Source: Prevotellaceae bacterium
Lineage (GTDB): Bacteria > Bacteroidota > Bacteroidia > Bacteroidales > Bacteroidaceae
Reading direction: 5' to 3'
Assembly (NCBI GenBank): GCA_031262085.1
Contig: JAISIN010000096.1
Coordinates: 2,471 to 66,470, forward strand
DNA length: 64,000 nt
Shown here: in pieces, positions 9,127-16,715 of the stretch
Layout: every line of letters starts with the position of its first letter
Numbering within the stretch: position 1 is the stretch's first letter
Translations under genes and position numbers: made by a program
The notes under the pieces: model-generated
The model's database searches: none
Told to the model about the DNA's origin: nothing
The model's input: only the letters and a program-made list of their open reading frames with translations

Positions 9127-11034
9127 CTAACGGAAGATGGTGAAGAACAGGGTGGTAACAAACGAGGTCAGTGACATCCAGAAAGAGACCGATTGCATGT
9201 TATTGCCGTTGACGGTAGACTGGCGGGCACGCATGGAGTTGGGTTCTACGTAGATGACGTCGTTCTGTTGGAGATAATAGACCGGAGAGGCATATACATC
9301 TCGGACAGAGCAGAGATTGACGAGATAGGGCACTTGCTTACCTGCCTCTGTGCGCAACACCACGATGTGTTCGCGATTACCTTGTATGGTCAGGTCACCG
9401 ACCATGCTGAGGGCTTCGAGCAGGGTAAATCCATCTTTATCTATATAGATGCGCCCGGGCGCAACGACTTCGCCCAACACCGTAACGGAGAGATTGAGAT
9501 ACTCTACGGTAACTACCGCATCTTTGAGCAGGTCGCGACGGATCAACTCGTTTTGAACAAAGGCAGAGACCTCTTCCTTGTTCATCCCTGCTACCCGAAC
9601 GGTACCTAACACGGGAATGGTAATGCAGCCATGACTGTCGACGGTATAACCCGGCATCAGCATAGTGCTATTACGATTGTTATAGCTGTTGCCATATCTG
9701 TAATCGTCGGAAAACAGATTAAAGGGCTGCGTCAATTCCGGATCGCGACCGCTCACAATGACAGAGATGCGATCGCCAATGCTGAGCGCTATCGGACGGA
9801 TGAGGGGTGTTTGTTCTTCTGTCAGGGAGTCTACATCCTGAAAGTAGCGGATCTTTTTCACCGACCCGCACGAACTTGCCAATAATAGCAGGCAGCAGAG
9901 ACCAATTGCACAGGAGAGATGTAAAGCGCTACCAACCATAGCAGTGTGCTTTTTCACGCTGCGGGTTTTATTCATCATTTTAAATACAATTTTTGCATGA
10001 GGTATCAGTAGGAAGAGTATACCCATCGACAGTACGCCAGATAGCTGCCACGCTACGGAGGCGCCATACAAACAGAGCAATCCGTATCCCGCAAGAGCCA
10101 ATAGGTTGAGTGCAAGTATACACAAGGTGGCTACCCAATGGCTGCAGTTCGTATCGACCAGTAGGTGATGAAAATGTGTTCTGTCGGGCAGGAAGGGAGA
10201 TTTGCCACGAATAAATCTACCTGCAATCACGCGCACGCCATCGAACAGCGGAACAAAGAAGATGGCAAGTATCAACGGAATTACACCTACTCCTTTCTGT
10301 GTCCATAAAGAGATGCCGACGTCGCTCTGCTGCAACCGTATCGTAAAGAGAGCCATCAACATGCCCAGCAGCAAGGTACCACCGTTGCCCAGATACATCT
10401 TACGTTTGCTGCCAAACACATTATATACAAAAAACGGTATGATCGCACCGCAGCAGGCAATTGCCAATATGCCCCAAGCAATGAAATCTATATAGAAGAA
10501 GAGAATTCCGAAAATGGCACTCGCTATGAAACAAAAGCCCGAGCACAGACCGTCGATACCGTCTATAAAGTTGATGGCATTGATCAGACCGACACAGAAG
10601 AAGAGTGTCAGAGGTACCGATATCCACGAAGTTAATTGCCCAATACCACCCCAAAGTCCGAAGAAATGATTGATGCTCTCGTTGCTCAATGCCATAAACA
10701 GTAGCAGGCAGGTAGTTTCTATCAGTAAACGCATCTTGCACGACAGATGTAGCACATCATCGAGGGTACCTATGTAGAGCATCACCAGCAGTACAATCAA
10801 GACAAGAGGAGGCAACATCAGATTACCGTAAGCCACCGCACATCCGGCACTCAAACAGATACCGAAGAATATTGCCCAACCACCCAGCACGGGGACAGGC
10901 GTCTGTTGCAGCTTACGCCCATCGTAGCCATCGACCAGCTCCTTGGAGATTGCCAGTTTGAGCAACCATGGATAAATCCATCGCGTCGATAAAAGGGCTA
11001 TCACAAATGTCGCTAATAGCAAAAGAATGGTCAT
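9127..11034 (-). CDS. Single ORF fusing a WecA/TagO (MraY-like GT4) initiating transferase to a Wza-type export lipoprotein
   Basis: N-terminal half: PVPVLGG, GTLDD, INAINFIDGIDGL, MYLGNGG, PDRTHFHH. C-terminal half: lipobox LASSC, GDRISVIV, VDSHGCITIPVLG and an SLBB repeat TVLGEV..PG. Confidence 0.88.
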   Translation of the reverse strand: MTILLLLATFVIALLSTRWIYPWLLKLAISKELVDGYDGRKLQQTPVPVLGGWAIFFGICLSAGCAVAYGNLMLPPLVLIVLLVMLYIGTLDDVLHLSCKMRLLIETTCLLLFMALSNESINHFFGLWGGIGQLTSWISVPLTLFFCVGLINAINFIDGIDGLCSGFCFIASAIFGILFFYIDFIAWGILAIACCGAIIPFFVYNVFGSKRKMYLGNGGTLLLGMLMALFTIRLQQSDVGISLWTQKGVGVIPLILAIFFVPLFDGVRVIAGRFIRGKSPFLPDRTHFHHLLVDTNCSHWVATLCILALNLLALAGYGLLCLYGASVAWQLSGVLSMGILFLLIPHAKIVFKMMNKTRSVKKHTAMVGSALHLSCAIGLCCLLLLASSCGSVKKIRYFQDVDSLTEEQTPLIRPIALSIGDRISVIVSGRDPELTQPFNLFSDDYRYGNSYNNRNSTMLMPGYTVDSHGCITIPVLGTVRVAGMNKEEVSAFVQNELIRRDLLKDAVVTVEYLNLSVTVLGEVVAPGRIYIDKDGFTLLEALSMVGDLTIQGNREHIVVLRTEAGKQVPYLVNLCSVRDVYASPVYYLQQNDVIYVEPNSMRARQSTVNGNNMQSVSFWMSLTSFVTTLFFTIFR

Positions 11035-11129
11035 ACTTCCTTTATGTAATCAATTCGGAATATTCGGATAAGTTGCTGCATTCACGCTATCAGTCATCCG
11101 GCATACGGCTGTAACCGCAGAAAGTAGCC

Positions 11130-11169
11130 AAATAAATTAGAGTAAAAAAGTCTGGGATTGTGCCAACAA
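11130..11169. repeat. Direct repeat copy A (40 bp)
   Basis: AAATAAATTAGAGTAAAAAAGTCTGGGATTGTGCCAACAA; matches 12023-12064 with one substitution and a 2-nt indel. Confidence 0.9.
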
Positions 11170-11327
11170 GCGATTGTCGTTAGTCGAAGGAGATGGGAGA
11201 AGTATGGTAGCGACAGAAAAAACGACTGATAACAGCAAGGCATACCAATGGGGCTTCGATTAATAGATATAACACTAAAAATCAATTAATTATAGTTATA
11301 TTCAAGAAGACAACAAGCTCTTATAAA

Positions 11328-11587
11328 GTAGTATCTCTTAGTAAGAGAGCACACAAACAGAAACAGATATGCTTACAATAAATTCGATAATTATAGCATT
11401 ATATAAAGAATGATTCATATCATGCACGCTATTCCAAAATGCTAAAACCACATTTAACGCTTCTTTTGAAACTACTAAAAAATATTTTTCGTTAAAGTTG
11501 CCATTTATGCTTGTACAGCTTGCAAAACACGCTATATTTGTGCCCGAAAGTCTATTGTTTGTGTGCTCTCTTACTAAGAGATACTAC
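11328..11587. promoter_or_regulatory. Invertible promoter segment: 32-bp IRs at 11328-11359 and 11556-11587 enclosing 196 bp
   Basis: GTAGTATCTCTTAGTAAGAGAGCACACAAACA has an exact reverse complement at 11556-11587. Inside is a + strand Bacteroidetes promoter: CTTG 11510-11513, 19 nt, then TATATTTG 11533-11540. Confidence 0.88.
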
Positions 11588-11772
11588 ATTGGGGGGGTAC
11601 GAATCATCGCCATTTCTATTTGTCATTCTTCTGTACTATTTCATTTCAAAATAGCAACAAGTCATACGTAGACGCGTATAAACAATTGCAGCTTATCGCT
11701 TGCTGTAATATGTAAGCAAGGGATAAGCTGTAAGCAAACTCCACTCCTTCAGGAAGGATTCGTTATAGAGCC

Positions 11773-11960
11773 ATAAAAGATCGGTTTTTCAGGTTACGAG
11801 CAGTCGGCACTTTTTAGACCGTTCGTTCGGCACTTTTTAGACCGCTCGTTCGGCACTTTTTAGACCGCCCGTTCGGCACTTTTTAGACCGCTCGTTCGGC
11901 ACTTTTTAGACCGCTCGTTCGGCACTTTTTAGACTGAACTTATCAAAGAAGACGGAGCGT
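11773..11960 (+). repeat. Copy 2 of the 23-bp-unit element (leader, 1 partial + 5 full units, half hairpin)
   Basis: Leader ATAAAAGATCGGTTTTTCAGGTTACGAGCAG; units CG(C/T)(T/C)CGTTCGGCACTTTTTAGAC at 11804(partial)-11934; tail TGAACTTATCAAAGAAGACGGAGCGT. Confidence 0.95.
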
Positions 11961-11962
11961 CA

Positions 11963-12015
11963 GGGCAACCGCAACAAAAATAAAGTTAGCCCCATTAGTT
12001 TTGTTGCGGTTGCCC
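11963..12015. repeat. 17-bp perfect inverted repeat with a 19-nt loop
   Basis: GGGCAACCGCAACAAAA (11963-11979) / TTTTGTTGCGGTTGCCC (11999-12015). Confidence 0.9.
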
Positions 12016-12022
12016 AGACCCG

Positions 12023-12064
12023 AAATAAATTAGAGTAAAAAAGCCTGGGATTTTGTGCCAACAA
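12023..12064. repeat. Direct repeat copy B (42 bp)
   Basis: AAATAAATTAGAGTAAAAAAGCCTGGGATTTTGTGCCAACAA, immediately downstream (minus strand) of a TACATTTG box at 12066-12073. Confidence 0.9.
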
Positions 12065-12085
12065 ACAAATGTAGCACGACTATCG

Positions 12086-12877
12086 TCAATCTTTTATCCG
12101 CAGTACCCTGATTCCGGTGCTGTTTTTGTTGTTCTTGAGCATCCGCGACAACGATAGTTTAGACACGACTACTTTCTTTTCGGCAGAAGAGGCATGGAGC
12201 AGGCAGAGTGTACCGCGCACATAGAAGGCAATGCCCAAATGCGAAATGTCTAATCCCGGTATACGGGTAGTAATGGCAATCATGTCGCCATTCTTTATCC
12301 AAACGAATCCATTGTCGGGTAACTTCTCTTTGGGAAGATAGTGCACCACCTGTCCCGACAAGGTTTGCTCGATAGATTTCATCTTGGTTACATTCGCAGG
12401 CGAGGTGCGCAGTTGCTTGTAGAGGTCGGGGTGCGACGACATATACGACAGCGACACCGTTTGGGTATCGGCACTGTGCAGAGCGGTGATGTCGGTCAGA
12501 TACCCTCGTGCAATGGCATGGTTGATCCATTCGGTGGTGTAGTGCAAGCGCGAGGTGTAGCCGTCGACCTTACCGTTGCGATAGCGCAACGCTTGCACCT
12601 TGTCGATAAAGTCGATCTCGGAGATCTCACCGTCGACCACCGGGCAGAGCGACATGGCAAGAGTGTACTCCACAAAGGTGGTGCAGTCGACCTCGTCGCT
12701 ATTGATAACGAGTTCTTCGTCATTGTTCACCTCCAGCGTATGTGCCACGTAGGGAACATTCAGAAATTGTAAGCCGTTGCTTATCATTCGATCTCCGGCG
12801 TCCTGCGCCCGGAGTGTTGCTGCGGCAGAGCAAAGAATAGCTGCCCAAAGCATCGCCATAACATTCATCCTTTTCAT
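12086..12877 (-). CDS. DUF1460 / AmiA-like N-acetylmuramoyl-L-alanine amidase
   Basis: Signal peptide, PYVAHTLE, VDCTTFVE, RYRNG..YTSRLHY..W, GLDISHLG and LLHASS motifs. Start could be 12877 or 12901. Confidence 0.85.
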   Translation of the reverse strand: MKRMNVMAMLWAAILCSAAATLRAQDAGDRMISNGLQFLNVPYVAHTLEVNNDEELVINSDEVDCTTFVEYTLAMSLCPVVDGEISEIDFIDKVQALRYRNGKVDGYTSRLHYTTEWINHAIARGYLTDITALHSADTQTVSLSYMSSHPDLYKQLRTSPANVTKMKSIEQTLSGQVVHYLPKEKLPDNGFVWIKNGDMIAITTRIPGLDISHLGIAFYVRGTLCLLHASSAEKKVVVSKLSLSRMLKNNKNSTGIRVLRIKD

Positions 12878-12921
12878 CGTTTTCCAATTATCAAAATTCA
12901 ATTCTTACTTTTTAATGGTTG

Positions 12922-13692
12922 TCATCCTTCTATGTTTTGAACCTCCATCTCCTTCACCTTGCGGAAAAGGTCGGAAGCAAAGATAAAGTCGTTCAGTTGT
13001 TTGTTGCTGGAGGTGATAATATCGTCTTTGGTACCTTCCCACTCTTTGTGTCCTTCGTGTATGAACATAATTTTCTCGCCGATGCCCATCACAGAGTTCA
13101 TGTCGTGGGTATTGATGAGGGTGGTCATGTTGTATTCCACGGTGATGTCGTGTATCAGCTCGTCGATGACGAGCGACGTTTTCGGGTCGAGACCCGAGTT
13201 GGGTTCGTCGCAGAAGAGATACTGCGGGTTCAGGGCGATGGCTCGCGCAATGGCGACCCGCTTCTGCATGCCTCCGCTGATTTCGCCGGGAAACTTATCC
13301 TTGGCTTCGGTCAGGTTGACGCGCTCCAAGCAGAACATGGCGCGACGGGTGCGGTCGCGGTAGGTGTCGTCGCTGAACATGTTCAGGGGAAACATCACAT
13401 TGTCGAGCACCGACATTGAATCGAAGAGCGCCGCACTTTGGAAGATCATTCCCATCTCGCTCCGCAGCGTCTTCTTCTCGCGTTTGCCCATCGCCAAGAA
13501 GTTACGGTTGTCGTATAGCACCTCGCCTTGTTCGGGCACCAACAGTCCTACGATACATTTCAGCAGTACCGTTTTGCCGGAACCGCTTTGCCCGATAATC
13601 AGATTGGTCTTTCCGTTCTCGAAGGTGGCATTGATGTCGTGCAAGACCTCTATCCCATCGAACGACTTATAGATATGTTTGAGTTCTATCAT
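12922..13692 (-). CDS. mlaF: ABC transporter ATP-binding protein, MlaF family
   Basis: Start trimmed to MIELKHIYKSF; Walker A GQSGSGKT, ISGGMQKR, CDEP and THD; adjacent to MlaE. Confidence 0.9.
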   Translation of the reverse strand: MIELKHIYKSFDGIEVLHDINATFENGKTNLIIGQSGSGKTVLLKCIVGLLVPEQGEVLYDNRNFLAMGKREKKTLRSEMGMIFQSAALFDSMSVLDNVMFPLNMFSDDTYRDRTRRAMFCLERVNLTEAKDKFPGEISGGMQKRVAIARAIALNPQYLFCDEPNSGLDPKTSLVIDELIHDITVEYNMTTLINTHDMNSVMGIGEKIMFIHEGHKEWEGTKDDIITSSNKQLNDFIFASDLFRKVKEMEVQNIEG

Positions 13693-13697
13693 CTTGT

Positions 13698-14441
13698 TTA
13701 TCCCATTAAGAGTTGTGTCAATATCAGGTCGGCAAAGAGAATGAGCACGCTGCTGCTCACCACCGAGTTGGTGCTGGCTTTGCCTACTTCGATGGAACCG
13801 CCTTCGACGGTGTAACCGAAGAATGCCGACACGCTGGCGATGATAAAGGCAAAAAAGAGCGACTTGATGATGCCGCACCAGATGAACCACTCCACAAACT
13901 CGTACTGCAAACCGTATTCGAGGTCGACGGCAGTCATGATGCCGCCGAACCAGCAAGTAGCAAAGGCACCGATAATGCCGGCAAAGATGCTGAATATCAC
14001 CAATACGGGAATGGTGGTGATCATGGCAAATATCTTGGGAAGTATTAAGTAGCTGGCAGAATTGACGCCCATAATATCGAGTGCATCAATCTGCTGGGTG
14101 ACGCGCATGGTACCCAGTTCGGAAGCAATGTTCGAGCCTACTTTGCCTGCCAGTATCAGGCACATGATAGACGACGAGAACTCGAGCAGCATGATTTCGC
14201 GTGTCACATAGCCCACCGTCCAGCGCGGCATGAAGGGGCTTTCGATGTTCAACTTAATCTGTATGGTGATAACGGCGCCGATAAAGAACGAAATCAGCAA
14301 TACAATGCCGATCGAATCGACGCCGAGTTGCGCCATCTCTTTTACATATTGTCGGAAAAACATGTGCATCCGCTCCGGTCGGGCAAAGGTGCGCTTCATC
14401 AATAGGATGTATCTCCCGAAAGTTCGTAGGGCTTTTCTCAT
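13698..14441 (-). CDS. mlaE: MlaE family ABC transporter permease
   Basis: AGKVGSNIASELGTMRVTQQIDAL and GGSIEVGKASTNSVV are MlaE motifs. Confidence 0.92.
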   Translation of the reverse strand: MRKALRTFGRYILLMKRTFARPERMHMFFRQYVKEMAQLGVDSIGIVLLISFFIGAVITIQIKLNIESPFMPRWTVGYVTREIMLLEFSSSIMCLILAGKVGSNIASELGTMRVTQQIDALDIMGVNSASYLILPKIFAMITTIPVLVIFSIFAGIIGAFATCWFGGIMTAVDLEYGLQYEFVEWFIWCGIIKSLFFAFIIASVSAFFGYTVEGGSIEVGKASTNSVVSSSVLILFADLILTQLLMG

Positions 14442-14453
14442 AATTATATGCTT

Positions 14454-15281
14454 TCAATTATCACTGTGATAAGTTATTGTTGAGAAGTAATCGTAGTCGA
14501 CGAGGAGGTTCCAATAGGTATCGTTGCTTTGGAAACTTAGCAGCAGATCAAAATCTTCATTGGAAACTTCGTCCAACATACCATATAGTTTTCCTCGGTC
14601 TCTATCTATGTCTCCTTTCACTAATCCACACCTGTTTATATAACTCCAAATATGTCTGACCATTCGTAGAATCGAATCGTTTAATCCGAGAATATTCATG
14701 GTTAGCTGCTCCTCCTTTTCGTATTCCTTATCTTCTTTCCATCGAACTTCACCGTTGAACGCATATACAACCTCATTTTTGATTGTAGCGTATAAAACTA
14801 TCGGCTCAATATATTCGAATCCGCGCCTTAGGTTGCAACACGATATGGCGGGTGCTCCCGTTATAATCTTTCCATCGCAAGATGCCACTAAGTTTTGATA
14901 AGCCACAACATGCGGATAGGGAGGCTCTGCCTGATACACTTTGTTGACTTCCGTCAAACAAACATTGTCATTCAATACGGTATGCCTTTCCTCTTTAATA
15001 TACTTATTGAACTCTTCTTGTTGGGTTATGCTCCTTAAGATAAGATGTTCTAAGGTAATTTTATTATTCACGGTCAAACGGCGCATGCAATAGCAACAAT
15101 GATTATTCTGTTCTTCTAAAAGGATTTCAATAAGATCTTTCTGAGATTGCCCGCCCCTATCACTTTTAAACACATCGTAGAGATCTTGGGGATAGGGATC
15201 TTGCTCTTTCACTTGGTTTAGGAACGACTTAATAATAGCCTCTCCCTCCTCTCTTAATATTGTTTTATCGATATACTCCAT
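14454..15281 (-). CDS. HNH-type endonuclease (PtuB/TIGR02646-like)
   Basis: EEQNNHCCYCMRRL, TLEHL, YQNLVASC and CCNLRRG form the CxxC...EH...NL..SC...CN pattern; directly downstream of an ABC-like ATPase. Confidence 0.75.
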   Translation of the reverse strand: MEYIDKTILREEGEAIIKSFLNQVKEQDPYPQDLYDVFKSDRGGQSQKDLIEILLEEQNNHCCYCMRRLTVNNKITLEHLILRSITQQEEFNKYIKEERHTVLNDNVCLTEVNKVYQAEPPYPHVVAYQNLVASCDGKIITGAPAISCCNLRRGFEYIEPIVLYATIKNEVVYAFNGEVRWKEDKEYEKEEQLTMNILGLNDSILRMVRHIWSYINRCGLVKGDIDRDRGKLYGMLDEVSNEDFDLLLSFQSNDTYWNLLVDYDYFSTITYHSDN

Positions 15282-15287
15282 TTGACA

Positions 15288-16595
15288 CTATTCTACTAAA
15301 GAGCGATATAGTTGGTTTTCGGTTCCTATGGCTTGGGCGAGTCTTTCTTTTAATCTCATTATCATCCTTTCGTCACCTGCATCTTTCCAATATAAATACG
15401 CATCTCGGAGTTGTTCGATGCGTACATCCCGTTCAGGCGTATCCATAGAATATTTCAATCCGGAATTGTAGTCCACCCCGAAGAGGTCGTCTATCCGCAC
15501 GCTTTTGTATTCTGTCTCCTCCTTATAGAGCTTATACAGAATATTACTGTCGTTCTGCTTGAAGTTAGTGATGACCAGCGGCGAGTGGGTAGAGACAATA
15601 AACTGAAGATGGGGAAATGCTCGTGTGTATCGCGACAGAATTTCTTGTGCGATAGAGGGATGCAGGTGCAACTCCAACTCGTCGATCAATACGATGCCCG
15701 ACGGGTCGCAATGCTGATTGAGGAGGTAGCTCCGATTGGCAATATCAAACACAATGGAGAAGATGCGCTTATACCCCTGAGGCAGTTGTGCAAACGGGAT
15801 GCGGTCACCATTCTCGAATACCAAAACGAGCACAAATTCATTGCCGCGTTTCTCCATATTCATTGTTTTCAATATAAGCTCCGGATTGGCTTGATACTCA
15901 GTAGACATTGGTTGGGAGAATTCTACCACCTTTGCAACGATTGCATCTACATGTTTCTTCTTTTCGGCATCTGCATGAAAGATATTGTTCATCCATTGCA
16001 TGGTAAAGTATTGCATCCACAGTTCCGTGCAATTTTTCTCCTCATCCCATTTGTAGTAAGCGGTGTTGCGAGGTAAAGGATTGCCTGACTTTAGCATCGC
16101 CTGCATACTTCTCCCTATGTTCGTTTTGACATGCGGGTACGAATCGGAAAAGAATGCTAACACGGGCAATTCTTCAAAATGACTCATATAATACGTCCAA
16201 AATTGAGCATTGGCTCCTCGATAGTATTCGTTTAACCCGGATGCTTTGCTCTCTTTGCGGAAGCTCCATTCCAAATTCACTTCTGTTGAGATGGAGGCTT
16301 CGGCTTTAATTTCCACAGGGTATATATAATCAAAAGTGAGCGCATCGTCTTCTCCGTATCGGGCGTCAGTCGCCGAAAAGGTTTTCACCTGTTGATTAGA
16401 ACTGGCAAGAAACTTGAACTGCGGTTCATTCTCTCGTTTCGAGAAGATGAAACTGAGCGATTGTTTCAACCCCGACAGGAGGTTGGTTTTGCCCATACCG
16501 TTTTTGCCGATAAAGAGGGTGACAGCATCTCCAAAGTCGATGGAATAGTCTTTGAAGTTCCGATAATTACTTAAACGAATTCTTCTAATTCTCAT
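15288..16595 (-). CDS. ABC-like AAA ATPase (PtuA/AAA_21-like)
   Basis: Walker A GKNGMGKT, signature LPQGYKR, Walker B VLIDELELHLHP, H-loop VSTHSP; no TM segments. Confidence 0.85.
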   Translation of the reverse strand: MRIRRIRLSNYRNFKDYSIDFGDAVTLFIGKNGMGKTNLLSGLKQSLSFIFSKRENEPQFKFLASSNQQVKTFSATDARYGEDDALTFDYIYPVEIKAEASISTEVNLEWSFRKESKASGLNEYYRGANAQFWTYYMSHFEELPVLAFFSDSYPHVKTNIGRSMQAMLKSGNPLPRNTAYYKWDEEKNCTELWMQYFTMQWMNNIFHADAEKKKHVDAIVAKVVEFSQPMSTEYQANPELILKTMNMEKRGNEFVLVLVFENGDRIPFAQLPQGYKRIFSIVFDIANRSYLLNQHCDPSGIVLIDELELHLHPSIAQEILSRYTRAFPHLQFIVSTHSPLVITNFKQNDSNILYKLYKEETEYKSVRIDDLFGVDYNSGLKYSMDTPERDVRIEQLRDAYLYWKDAGDERMIMRLKERLAQAIGTENQLYRSLVE

Positions 16596-16614
16596 ATTCT
16601 ATTGTCCATTTTGC

Positions 16615-16658
16615 GCGCAAATGTAGCACAATTAAGTTGATAATCGCTACATTTGCGC
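16615..16658. promoter_or_regulatory. Back-to-back -7 promoter boxes for the ATPase-HNH-mla operon (-) and lptB (+)
   Basis: TACATTTG on - (16618-16625) and on + (16648-16655), within a 13-bp perfect IR GCGCAAATGTAGC/GCTACATTTGCGC. Confidence 0.7.
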
Positions 16659-16715
16659 CAAAATTAGCGAAATGTCAGATAATCGGACAGACACATCGCA
16701 CATTATATATTATAT

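Noticed and set aside
11154-11169. TGGCAC within the 40-bp direct repeat as a sigma-54 promoter
   Set aside because: There is no TTG(C/A) at the -12 position in either copy.
11804-11934. CRISPR array interpretation of the 23-bp arrays (also 63450-63603)
   Set aside because: The units are contiguous with no unique spacers, and there are no cas genes in the window.
12922-13956. 344-aa version of MlaF from the ORF track
   Set aside because: The extension overlaps mlaE in another frame; the ABC domain starts at MIELKH (13692). Starts were trimmed similarly at 5759, 22805, 26709, 34816, 36145, 38749 and 58884.
14454-16625. Retron (Ec78-type) system
   Set aside because: No reverse transcriptase, and only ~20 bp between promoter and ATPase, leaving no room for an msr-msd RNA.
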